Assembly (NCBI RefSeq): GCF_020745735.1
Contig: NC_083420.1
Location: 70,609,699 to 70,673,698 of the forward strand
From: Hemiscyllium ocellatum
Taxonomy: Eukaryota
Length of the DNA stretch: 64,000 nt
Reading direction: 5' to 3'
Numbering within the stretch: the stretch's first letter is position 1; each line of letters opens with the position of its first letter. Below, one piece after another: positions 1 through 11,189 of the stretch. Both the position numbers and the translations under genes were made by a program. The notes beneath the pieces are model-generated. The model saw only the letters and a program-made list of their open reading frames with translations, was not told the origin of the DNA and did no database searches.

Positions 1-139
1 ATTCTATCTTTCAGATAAGAGCCATCCAAAACATTCTCTGCCACCTATTCCAAGTACGCACCCGTATACGCACACAAACACACACACACGCACACACACA
101 CACACGCACATATATATATATTCATACATAATTTTATTG

Positions 140-2147
140 TCTTGCTGCTGCACGTCTCTTAGATTTATATAACTAAACACTTCTGCCTGACTTTTTGCCT
201 GTTCATGTTTTTCCTGCCCCATTTCGTCAAACTGGGTATCCACTAACTGAACTTCAACTCCTTCACCTTTCTCTTTACTTTTCACTTCTTGCTGTGAATT
301 ATGACAGTTGGGATCTGCTAACCACACAGTCTGGGAAAATACCTGGACAATTCTGTTTTAACTCCGCCGGTTATTGGACTTCCTTGTGCTTCTCCAGAAT
401 GAGGGCTGTCTCTCTCAACTTGTACCCTGCCAAATCATTCCCAAGAACAAGTTGAACTCCTGGAACTGGCACTGTTTCAATAAATCCCACTTTAACTTCC
501 CCAGACCTGAGTGGTCCCCCAGACTGATTTTAGATTGGAGAACGTTAAATTTTTGTCCATCTACTTTACGAATTACCGCACTCTAGGGTAACAGCTTTAA
601 AAAAAGTGCATAATTCCTCATCCTTCATTATCAGCGACGAGTTACATCTTGCATCTTCAAAAAGAACAGCTTATTGTCCTGTCCCCCTATTCATTCAGGG
701 TAAACTTTACCCACACAGGTAAATTCGTTGCAGTGATTAGGTAATATTTCCATCCTCTGTCCCCGCCGAGGCTGTGCACTCACATGCAACTCCCCACACT
801 CCTTTACTCTCTTCATTTGTGCAGCTGTTTCAGCTTCTTTTACCACGTCTTTTTCCACAGGGCCTTTCTTTAACAACAAGTATTTTGACTTTACGTGTCC
901 CCCCTTCTTGCAGTGAAAACAATTTTTCTAAGTGCCCAAGTGACCCCACTGGGGTTATAATTTTCTGTTTTCCACGTGAACGTTGGCGATCTTTGGAAGT
1001 GAGTTTTTAAATTCCTCGAGCAGAATGATCTCTCTTATAGTCTGAAAGGCCCGATCTATTTTCAAAGCATGCACTCATCAATCAAAATTACTATGTTTAA
1101 TTCTTTGGAACTCAACATCAGTCTGACATGATTCCTTCTTTTTGTTTCTGAACCATATGCTGATGTTACTAATTCATAAGCACTTAAAATAGCTTGTTTT
1201 AACTCGTCATAATATCTTGATGCCTTATTTGACAGTGCAGCAAATACTTCGCCAGCTCTGCTGACCAGTTTATTCTAATCTCGCATTACCCATGGATCCA
1301 CGATACACTCAATCGGCCTGAACAATTTTTCAAATGAAATAAAGAAGGCTTTAGCATCTTTCTCTTCTGAATGTGGCAAATTTTTGTTATATTTGTATTC
1401 ATCGCTTGCTTCTCTTTTCATCTCCATCCTCTTAACTTGACTTTGCTGACTAAGTCTCAATTTCCCAAGTTCAAATTCCTTGTTTTTTTGCTCAGCTAAA
1501 AACCTCCTCTCTCTTTCTTCTTCCTTCCCCTTTTTCACTCTCCCTTCTCTTTTTTGTCTCTCTTCCCTCATTCTCTCTTTATCTCTCTTCTCTCATTCTC
1601 TCTCCATTCCTTCTCTAACTTTGCTCAGCAGAGAACCTTCTTTTTCTCTTTTTCCTCTCTTTCAATCTGTTTATCTTGTCACTCTGTTCTTCTCAATTTT
1701 AATTGGATGTTTTCTACCTCGACTTCTACCTCGACTTGTTTCTCTGACACATCTAAGTGTCTGAATTATTCCGTAACAATTGCAGCTTAACTTTTGTCCA
1801 TGCTTAAACCCAAAACTAATTTATTTGCTCATTCTAAAAGTATGGCCTTCTTTCTTGCAAAATTTGACAATCATCTTCAGATCCCAGAACTACTTTAGCA
1901 ATTTAAAGAACCATTTCCCTCACTTTTCATCAATGACATGTCACTGAAGTTAAAATAATTGTCTCACGGACGTTTCGTTTTTGGATCTAGGACACTAACC
2001 TACACGTATTTACATCTGCTGGGATTTTTCACGATCCTAAATCCACTTTCTAAAATGCCTAAGCCAGTTGAAATCCGAACAACGAGTCCCCAAACTGTGA
2101 AATCGCGGAAAGAAGCCCGTTCACATCGCAGTAACGATCCCCCAAAC
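140..2147 (-). mobile_element. Decayed Gypsy (Ty3)-type LTR retrotransposon internal region: gag, protease and linker, truncated at a (CA)n tract
   Basis: Minus-strand translations across stops and frameshifts give a coiled-coil gag (ORF 1275-1571, ...EKDAKAFFISFEKL...), then TKLVSRAGEVFAAL and IREIILLEEFKNSL. These are followed by FTCVGKVY and a degenerate aspartic-protease motif (DARCNSSLIMKDEELC, cf. DTGASQSL). It lies directly downstream of a PBS-like site and an LTR. Confidence 0.75.
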
Positions 2148-2857
2148 TGTTAGGAAACGGGGTAAACCCTCCTCTTAATTTAAACCAGCAAAGGAGAAAA
2201 GCTTTTACCTCGTACAGTAATCTGTGAAACTTCAAGAACTATTTACAGTAAAAAATTCCAAAAGTACGATAGAGAATAATTAGCGGACAACTATTTAAAA
2301 TTCCTTCCTCGAACCTATCTTTTACTTTCCCTTCTATAATACTGATCTGATAAAACCGCCAATTAGGATTTACCAAATTTCAAGTTTTCAAAACCAGTCA
2401 GGAGTCGAATCTTCTCTTACATCTAGTTTGGTCTTCTTTCTTTTATTTTGGAATTTCTGGAGGTTACTGATCGATAAAGGTACCTTTAAAAGAGCTTCTC
2501 TCCGGGCAGCTCTGAAGATGCTGATGGATTGGTCGTTCTCCACTCAACGATTCAACTTTTCCCGGCTATAAAGCCCTCAAAACATCGATTCTGTCACGGG
2601 TTTGTCAAGATACTAAATTCAATCTTTATTTGGTTTTGTTTTGAGGTACACATTGAACTGAGTGGCCTGATTCGAATTTGCTTTGTTGTCTCCAGGCAAA
2701 CAACTTAATCGAGTTGTTCAACCAAATTACACATTATATTTTGTTCAGAACACTTGGGATGGTTACAGGTACTTCGGTTTTTTGTCACTCTCTATAAGAT
2801 AAAGTACACCGACATCTTCATTATACATTTATCAGAAACTCAACGAAACTCACCACA
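2148..2857 (-). mobile_element. 5' LTR of the Gypsy element
   Basis: TGT...ACA termini (alternative outer end at 2752). On the minus strand it has a TATA-like CTTTATAG (~2565-2572) and AATAAA (~2442-2447). It is followed on the minus strand by TTTGGGGGATCGT (~2134-2146), which resembles a tRNA-Pro primer-binding site (TGGGGGCTCGT). Confidence 0.65.
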
Positions 2858-2968
2858 TAAATGCAGTGGTTACAGGAGCAGGTTAGGGTATAGGAAAACT
2901 GTGGTGATTAAGTCCTCATTTCAAATCCTCACTGTCATTGGATCAAAAGTGGATGTTCTTGTTGCAGG

Positions 2969-3707
2969 AGTAACATGAAGATGGATTACTGGGCTAATGG
3001 TAGGCTATTGGGTAGTGTGGATGAGCAGAGGGATGTTGGTGTCCATGTACACAGATCTCTGAAAGTAGTCACCCAGATAAATAGTGCTGTGAAGAAGGCA
3101 TATGGTGTACTGGGCTTTATTGGTAGAAGAATTGAGTTCCGGAGTCCTGAGGTCATGTTGCAGTTGTATAAGACTCTGGTGCGGCCTCATCTGGAGTATT
3201 GTGTGCAGTTTTGGTCGCCATACTATAGGAAGGACGTGGAGGCATTGGAACGAGTGCAGAGGAGGTTTACCAGGATGTTACCTGGCATGGTAGGAAGATC
3301 GTATGAGGAAAGGCTGAGGCACTTGGGGCTGTTCTCATTGGAGAAAAGAAGGTTTAGGGGAGATTTGATAGAGGTGTACAAGATGATTAGGGGTTTAGAT
3401 AGGGTTGACTGTGAGAACCTTTTTCCGCTAATGGAGTCAACTGTTACTAGGGGACACAGCTTTAAATTAAGGGGTGGTAGGTATAGGACAGATGTTAGGG
3501 GTAGATTCTTTACTCAGAGGGTTGTGAGTTCATGGAATGCCCTGCCAGTAGCAGTGGTGGACTCTCCGTCTTTATGGTCATTTAAGCGGGCATTGGACAT
3601 ATGGAGGTTATTGGGCTAGTGTAGGTTAGGTAGGCTTTGGTCGGCGCAACATCGAGGGCCGAAGGGCCTGTACTGCGCTGTATTTTTCTATGTTCTATGT
3701 TCTATGT
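2969..3707 (+). mobile_element. CR1 LINE, 5'-truncated 3' fragment of a young subfamily
   Basis: ORF 2975-3619 encodes the CR1 RT C-terminus (LYKTLVRPHLEYCVQFWSP...LERVQRRFTRM...FFTQRVVSSWNALP). The 3' UTR contains GGGCCGAAGGGCCTGT (3656-3671) and ends in a (TTCTATG)n tail. Confidence 0.95.
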
Positions 3708-3994
3708 AAAACCCTGGAACCCCCCCCCCCCCCAATGGCACTATAGGTCAAACCATAGCAGCTGGACTACAGCAGTTAAAGAAGGCAGATCATCATCGAC
3801 TTCTCAAGAACATCTAGAGACAACAATAATTGCTGGACCAGCCAGTGATGTCCACATCTCAGAAAATAAACACAGATAAAAACAAAACTCCCTCAGTACT
3901 TACCCTCTGACAGTACAACACTACCTCAGGAATGAACCTTGTAAAGTGCAGTATTACCTCAGTACTGAGACTCCAACAGTGCAGTATTCCCTCA

Positions 3995-4215
3995 CATCTA
4001 TCTCATATATATACACACACACGAACGAACGCATGCACATGTGCACACATTCACAGATCTGCACTGTCTCTCTCACAAACACACTTACAAATGTTACACA
4101 CACCCAAAGTCACACATGCACACCCACGTTCACCAACTCACACGTGCATGCACAAACGCATAGACATTCACAGATGTACACTGCCTCTCGCTCTCTCACT
4201 CACACACAGAAATGA
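3995..4215. repeat. Degenerate (CA)n-rich simple repeat
   Basis: Interrupted CACACA runs seen directly. Confidence 0.8.
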
Positions 4216-4254
4216 CCTCTCTGCTCCCGCTTATTCCATTCATCATTTTATGTA

Positions 4255-4570
4255 TTTCGACGAGATCTCCCCTTCATCTTCCAAATTCCAGTGGGTACAG
4301 TCCCAATCTACTCAATCTGTCTGCATAAGGCAACTTTCTCAATTCCAGAATCAATCCAATGACCATCAACTTTATCTCTCGCCAGTACATCCTTTCTGAA
4401 GCAAGTAGTCCAAATTGAACACTGTACTCTAGATGTGGACTCACCAGCACACCATTCAACTGCAGTACAATCTCCATATTTTTAAACGTCATCCTTCTTG
4501 CAGTAAAGAACAATATTCAATTTTCCTTCAAATTAACTGCTACACCTTAAAACCAACAGTTTTGTGATTC
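4255..4570 (-). mobile_element. Old CR1 LINE RT fragment
   Basis: ORF 4274-4513 contains LVSPHLEYSVQF and YADRLSRLGLYPLEF. Confidence 0.8.
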
Positions 4571-4714
4571 ATTCACAATGCCGCACTGCTTCTTCTGCAC
4601 AGCAGCATGCTGCAGTTTGCACCTTTTAAAAATAGTCAATTTTGCTGTTTTTTTCTCAGCAACGTGGATGACCTCCTATTTACAACGTTGTACTTTATCT
4701 GTCAGACCATTGTC

Positions 4715-5035
4715 CACTCACAGTGCCAGGGACGGAGGTTTGATTCATTCAGCGACTGTTTATGTAGAGTTTGCACATTCTCTCCGTGTCTGTGTGGGTT
4801 TCGTCCGGTTGCTCTGGTTTCCTCTCACAGTCCAATGTTGTGAAGGTTTGTTGAATTAGCAATGATAAATTGCCCTTTGTATCCAGGGACAGGCAAGCTA
4901 ATGATTTGGCCACGGGAGATGTAAGATTACAGCGGGGTAGATTAGATGGGATGGATCTGGGCGGTATTCTTTTCACAGTGTCGCTAGGTATTCGATGGGC
5001 TGAAAAGCGTGCTTCTACACTTTAGGAATTCTGTG
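4715..5035 (+). mobile_element. tRNA-derived V-SINE (HE1-like), diverged and 5'-truncated
   Basis: V-SINE core GTAGAGTTTGCACATTCTCTCCGTGTCTGTGTGGGTTTCGTCCGG...CACAGTCCAA. Confidence 0.8.
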
Positions 5036-5409
5036 ATATATGTCTACGATCCTATGACATCAATGTGCATGCACGTGTGAGTTGGTGAACGTGGGTGTGA
5101 TGGCAGACTTGATCAATGTACACAATTGCTTTCACACAAACCGCTGGCGTCTCTGACAGCAAACATAACCAACTTTTACATTGAGGTGTGTATACATTTG
5201 CATGAGTTCTTTACGTTCAGAAGAGGAGAAACGAAGCAGCCTCCTGCAACAATGGTCAACTTAGCCAAACAGCAAAGAAGTCAGAGTACATTCGCTAAGT
5301 AAAACTCAGAATTCACAAAACCCACACACCAGACACAGTGCAAACATAACAACCCCTTTAGGATAATCCTTTTAGGATAGTATGAAAGGTAACAGTTATT
5401 CTGGACAGA

Positions 5410-5570
5410 CATATCCCCAACAAGAATGCAATCGGTCCTGCCACAAAGAGAACCAAACAGTAACAGCAGTTCAAATGATTGACATGTTTCAAACTATAAA
5501 TCGATTTAATTGATTGGTCAGAGTTACAGGAATTTCTAGAAAACCATCCTCAAAGGTCCAAAAACAGGGG
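5410..5570 (-). repeat. LTR-like dispersed repeat fragment, inverted homolog of 10170-10335
   Basis: TTTCAAACTATAAATCGATTTAATTGATTGGTCAGAG...AAAACCATCCTCAAAGG aligns with the reverse complement of 10170-10260. Family identity is not established. Confidence 0.55.
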
Positions 5571-5619
5571 TGGCTGAGTACACCAGTATGGCAAGAGGCA
5601 GAGACCAGCTGCTCACTCA

Positions 5620-6044
5620 NNNNNNNNNNNNNNNNNNNNNNNNNNNNNNNNNNNNNNNNNNNNNNNNNNNNNNNNNNNNNNNNNNNNNNNNNNNNNNNNN
5701 NNNNNNNNNNNNNNNNNNNNNNNNNNNNNNNNNNNNNNNNNNNNNNNNNNNNNNNNNNNNNNNNNNNNNNNNNNNNNNNNNNNNNNNNNNNNNNNNNNNN
5801 NNNNNNNNNNNNNNNNNNNNNNNNNNNNNNNNNNNNNNNNNNNNNNNNNNNNNNNNNNNNNNNNNNNNNNNNNNNNNNNNNNNNNNNNNNNNNNNNNNNN
5901 NNNNNNNNNNNNNNNNNNNNNNNNNNNNNNNNNNNNNNNNNNNNNNNNNNNNNNNNNNNNNNNNNNNNNNNNNNNNNNNNNNNNNNNNNNNNNNNNNNNN
6001 NNNNNNNNNNNNNNNNNNNNNNNNNNNNNNNNNNNNNNNNNNNN
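5620..6044. other. Assembly gap (425 N)
   Basis: Run of N. Confidence 1.
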
Positions 6045-6346
6045 GACCCAGATTCAGAGAGAAAGAGAGATTGGGTAAATCTGCAAGATTTTCTGGAAGT
6101 AGTGTAAACTTTATAGGACAAATGAGATTAGAGATCGTGTGTCTGCAATTGAAGGGTATTTTAGCATGTTTCCTAACGAGGGACAGACTGTTCATATTGG
6201 TATTGGTTTGTGTTCATACTGACTTGAAGGTTTCAGATTGTGTGGCACCTGCACACATTCATTAAGAACATTCGACAAGTTGTTGTACTTGTTTGAAGGA
6301 GGAACTTGATAACACCTACATCTCTGGAGTTACATCATGGATTCGT

Positions 6347-6661
6347 GGGTGGCACGGTGGCTCAGTGGTTAGCACTGCTGCCTCACAGCATGAGGGTCGC
6401 AGATTCGATTCCAGCCTTGGGCGACTGTCTGTGTGGAGCTTGCACATTCTGCCCTGTGTCTGTGTTGGTTTCCTCCGGGTGCTCCGGCTTTCTCCCACAG
6501 TCCAAAGATGTGTAGGTCAGGTGAATTAGCCATTCTAAATTGCCCTTAGTTTACGTGCATTAGTCAGAGGGAAATGGATCCAGGTGGGTTACTCTTTGCA
6601 GGGTCGATGTGGACTGGTTGGGCTGAAGGGCCAGTTTCCACACTGTAGGGAATCTAATCTA
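6347..6661 (+). mobile_element. HE1-like V-SINE, near full length
   Basis: A box TGGCTCAGTGG, B box GATTCGATTCC, V-domain core, LINE-like 3' end GGGCTGAAGGGCCAGT and AATCTAATCT tail. Confidence 0.92.
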
Positions 6662-8124
6662 CTTCTGAATGACCTCAAATGCAATTATATCCTTCCTCAA
6701 GTAAGGCGACCAATTTTATTTGCAATACTCCAGCTGAGGTTTCACTAATGCATTCTACAATCGAAACAGAGTTTCCCTACTCTTATACTCTATTATTTTA
6801 TTTCATAACTGTCAAAATTTCATTTGACTTCCTTGTTAGCTGCTGTAGCTAGAATGCTAGTGAGGTCAGTGGTGAATCTGGATGGAGAGAAAAGCAAAGT
6901 GAAGGACATTGTTGGAAAGAGACATTGAGTTTGAGGTTACAGATGTATCTGGATGAACAGTGAAGAAAGAGTGAGTTCAGTGATGCCTCCATTGATGGAC
7001 GTCCATGTTGTTCCTAGAGACCCATTCTTTCAGGAAAGGCCGTATGTTCTGTTCACTCAGTCTTTCAAGTAACTCCAGATCTTGGAAAATTGGTGGTGGG
7101 AATAAATGCTGACTTCGGCAGCAATGCACACATTCAGTGTGTGAGAAGAATCACATTTGAACCAGTGAGTGAAATGTTCTTGTTCAAAGAAGGCCGCTCT
7201 GACGCAAGAAAGCAGAAGGACAGCTATGAGACGAATGTTCACGCACGGAATAAACTGTTTCGATGCAGTACCAGTTGAAATAGTTTGTGATATCGGGATG
7301 AGGCTCTTGGTGTTTAAGTGGACAGTATTATTGCTGGCAGATTCAAGGTTCTGTTTTTGTTATTTCATTATGATGTACTGAGCAGCAACGCTTCTCCGTA
7401 ACTGAGATTAAGTGTGTTCTTATAAATAATACGTTCTTGTACAGTGACACCGAATTCTGAAATAAATCCCCATTTCAATAGTTTACCATTGTTTTATCCT
7501 TCCTGTCATTTTAGTCAATCTATGTTATGTTTCTATTTCTTGACGAATGTTTGTTCACTCACATCCCCTGCCAATATCTCATCAGAGATTCTGTATCTCC
7601 ACTTGACAACATTTGAATGACCATCTGGGTATGGTAGTTAATAAATTCTAATAAATTCAGTTCTCCCATCTAAATCATTGAGATAAATGGTAATTAATTG
7701 AAGATTCTACATTGAAGTCTCCGGCACTCCACATGTTACAGTTTTTCAATGCATGCACTTATACATGTATCCCGACATTTTGCTGCCTTCTGGCTGCACA
7801 GAGAAACCCCTTGGTTTTGATTTTCTTTATGATTTCAAAGTCCTCATTTGCTGCCATTTAATATTTTACTAATTATATCATCTTATTTCTGCTTACAATT
7901 TCAGAAGAAATATTTTTTTTCCAAGGGTAACAATCTTCTGTGGATGAATAGTCTATTCTTTGGCCACAATATCAGACTGAAAGGATTGAAGAAGACAACA
8001 GCTCAAGAGTTAACAGCAGCAGTTGGCCATTGGGATCGTCCAGTCTGCTGTACTATTCCTTAGAATATCATATCCTACAATCCTTCGGCTCTATCAGTCC
8101 ACACTGATATCTCCAAAGAGTAAA

Positions 8125-8378
8125 CAAAGCATATTCATTCCCCTTCCAGTACCCCTGACTAAAGCACCTAAGTTACACATCCATGAACACTGTCTACAAT
8201 TTAATATGGTGAGTTCATCTAACCTGCACATCTTTACACTGGGGGAGGAAACTGGACCAGCCGTAGGAGATGTACACAGACCCGGTAAGAACATGCAAAC
8301 TCCCGCAAACAAACGCCCGAGGCGAGAACTGAACTAATGCACGTTGAAAAAGCAATTCTAACCATTGAGCTACCATGT
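8125..8378 (-). mobile_element. Diverged V-SINE
   Basis: Reverse complement shows ATGGTAGCTCAATGGTTAG (A box) and a degenerate V core. Confidence 0.7.
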
Positions 8379-8519
8379 CAGTCAGATCATGGCAGATCAG
8401 ATTATAGCTGAAGGCCCTATTCCTGTCTTTCTTAAGTAAACATTGACACATTTATCCATCAAAGAACTCCAAAGCACAAATATTTTCCCTCAACTCGATC
8501 TCCCTGCTCCCTGGGAGAA

Positions 8520-9562
8520 GTGATGACTGCAGATGCTGGAGAGTCCGATTCAAAGAGTATAGCACTAGTAAAGTCCAGTATGCCAGGCATTAGCGGGGAG
8601 CAGAAGAGTCGACATTGTGAGCATAAGACTTTCATCAGTAATGTAGAAGGGAAAGGGGCGTCAGAGACAAATGGAGATTTGACGGCAAGAGTGAGGTAGC
8701 TGAGATGGCGATAGGTAAATTCAGGTGAGGGGTCATTGTGATAAATAGGTGGGGAGGGTGGGACGGAGAGGTGGGAAGGTGGATGGACAAGTAGGACAGG
8801 TCAAGAGGTCGATGTCAAGTTCGGTGGTTGAATCTGGGCTGAGCTGGGTGGAGGAGTGATTTGTAAACTGATGAAATCGAAGTTGATGCCATGTGGTCCC
8901 CGGCGAGATGAAGCGGGCTTCCTCCAGTTGGCAGTGAAATTTGTTTGGTGATCGAGGAGGCCTTTAAATGTCATTGGCCGAGTGGGAGATCGCATTGAAG
9001 TAGATGTCCACAGAGTTGTTTGGCGCATGTGTCCCAAAGATATTTGCTGAACCACTCCGACAGTTGACACCCACTCTCAACGTTGTGGAGGAGAACACAT
9101 CAAGAGCACCATATACAGTAAATGAGGTGGGTGGATGTGCAGGAAAGTCTCTGTGGGATGCGGAAAGATCTTTTGTGGCCTTGGGCTGAGGTGAGGTCTG
9201 TGTGTATGCAAAGCTTTTACACCTCATGTGGGGGCAACGGAAGGTGCCGTAAGTGGAGGGTTGGTTGCTCGGGGGCACAGATTTAAGGAGGAGATCGCAC
9301 GAGGGAATGATCTCGGCGAAATACTAAAAGGAGTGGGGAGAGAAATACATCTTTCCTGGTGGCGTCTAACTGTAATTTGTGGAAATTGTGGATTATGATA
9401 CGAAGTATTCAAAGTTGATTGGTGGAAGGTGAGGACCAGGGGAATTCTGTCCTTGTGGTTTTGGGGTTGAAAGTCTGAGGTGCAGGAAGTGTAGAAGATG
9501 TGCTGGAGTGCATGGTTGATCACGTGGGGAGGAAAAGGCGGTCTCTGAAACAGTAGGACATC
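8520..9562 (-). mobile_element. Penelope-like element fragment (RT thumb/linker, GIY-YIG, terminal repeat), decayed
   Basis: Minus-strand ORFs include FPPHVINHALQHIF...HKDRIPLVLTFH and PHGINFDF. The terminal repeat reads GCAGATGCTGGAG...GTCGAC...TCATCAG on the + strand. Confidence 0.8.
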
Positions 9563-9574
9563 TGTAATAAAGTC

Positions 9575-10140
9575 CAATGCCAACGATTGCAATTTCCCCT
9601 TCTGCGTGATCAACAATGCCCACCAACACATCTTCTCCACTTCCCGCAACTCCACCCTTTAACCCCATCTTTCCAACTGCAACATGGATGGATGCCCTGG
9701 TTCTGACATCCACTCCACTACCCTCCATCTTCAATGCTTCATACTCTGCCATTTTTGCCACCAACAAACAGACACCATACCCAGAGATACATTTCCTTCC
9801 CAACCCTAGCTGAGTTCCGCAGACGCCATTCCCTCCATGACTCCCTCTTTAGATCCACAACATCGCCACCACCCACCCTTCACAGCCGGCACCTTATCCT
9901 GCCGCCACAAGAAGTGTACGACCTGTGCCCACACCCTTCCCCTCAGCTCCAACAAAGCCTTGAAGGATTCTTTCACACTTGGCAGATATTCTCCTGTACA
10001 TCCACACTTCTCCTCTTTTGTGCGTCCATTTCCATAGATGTTGTCTCTTCTACCTTGGACAGACATGATGCCAACGAGCAGAGTGGATGGTCAGCTCGTC
10101 TCTACCTGTTGCCATGCTGCTCACTTCGGAAAGCATTCAG
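9575..10140 (+). mobile_element. Penelope-like element fragment, head-to-head with 8520-9562
   Basis: Translates to DCNFPFCVINNAHQHIFSTSR and GTLSCRHKKCTTCAHT, the CxxxxCxxC linker before GIY-YIG. Confidence 0.75.
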
Positions 10141-10344
10141 AAGATTAAGAAATCAGTCAGCACGTGAACCTTGATTTTAAACCTTTGTGAATGGTTTTGC
10201 AAGACTTTCTATAATACTGACCAATCAGGAGAATCGATTAATAGTTTGAAACGCAATCAAATATTTGGGTGCCTTGCTATTGGTTGTTTCTTTGTGTAGC
10301 CACGATTTGGATGTGCTGGTGTCCTGGGGTGGACAAAGTAAAAA

Positions 10345-10810
10345 TATAAATCGCACGACACCAGATTATAGCACAACAGGTTTATTTTGAAACACTGGCT
10401 TTCGAAGCACTGATCCTTCCTGAGGTGGTTATGCAGAAAAATATCAGAAGCCACAGAATCTATAGCCAAATGAATACATGGTCATTAAGACGTAATGATG
10501 CATTAAACATCTTTAGATCAAGTCTTTGATCTTTTGGAATGGGATGTGTTGGTTTCTGTTATTGGGTCTGTAAATCTCACAGCTTCTTTCAACCGGCACT
10601 CCGAAGAAACAGCTAGCTTCTCTAACAATAGGTGTCATCTCAGCTCAGACAATGCATTAAAGTGTGAAGGCTGCCTCTGTCCCAAATGCTGATTCTATTT
10701 CGAAAGTTGGGTTTACAGCGTCTTACATGAATTCATGCAGTATTTCAGTCAAGTGAAATGTAATTCTGCAAAATCAAATTGACCCTATAAACATATATGC
10801 GTGCACATGT
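10345..10810 (+). mobile_element. Terminal-repeat fragment of a second Penelope-like family
   Basis: AAATCGCACGACACCAGATTATAGCACAACAGGTTTATT...CTTTCGAAGCAC... is homologous to 38705-38790 and 54280-54700. Confidence 0.65.
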
Positions 10811-11046
10811 TGGAGAGACAGAGTGAGTAGTAAACTTGGCATCATGTCTGTCCAAGGTAGAAGAGACAACATCTATGGAAATGGACGCACTAGAGGAGAA
10901 GTGTGGATGTACAGGAAAATATACTGAATAGTGAACTTTCTCTTAATGGCTGATGCATTTTCATCTGACTGGAGATTGTCCCTCTCCTTTTTAGTGCCCC
11001 AATCCTGCCAATCTAGTTAAAACCTTTTGGGGTAGCATCATCATAA

Positions 11047-11149
11047 CCGGAATGTGAGTATTATGCAATACACAGTAAAGGAATAAATAAATGGTAGAAT
11101 TTTGTTTATTTATTCCCTTACAGTGTATTGCGTAATACTCACATTCCGG
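11047..11149. repeat. Near-perfect inverted repeat: 45-bp arms, 13-nt loop
   Basis: Arm 11047-11091 matches the reverse complement of 11105-11149 at 42 of 45 positions. Confidence 0.95.
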
Positions 11150-11189
11150 AGACTTGGTCACGGTGACATTGTGCTGCCCGTGGATTTAA

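Noticed and set aside
4719-4725. Isolated CACAGTG heptamers (also ~4974, ~5334, ~39379, ~40023)
   Set aside because: No nonamer at 12 or 23 bp spacing. Several lie inside SINEs.
5196-5203. Perfect octamer ATTTGCAT
   Set aside because: No leader, V exon or TATA follows, and it is 37 kb from the Ig gene. Chance occurrence is expected.
5489-6265. ORFs of about 200 aa containing X runs
   Set aside because: They read through the N gap.
6347-6420. tRNA-like A and B boxes
   Set aside because: They are SINE heads, not tRNA genes.
7050-7460. Short ORFs on both strands, one with a signal-peptide-like start
   Set aside because: No consistent splice structure or recognisable domain, and not the missing GPCR 3' half.
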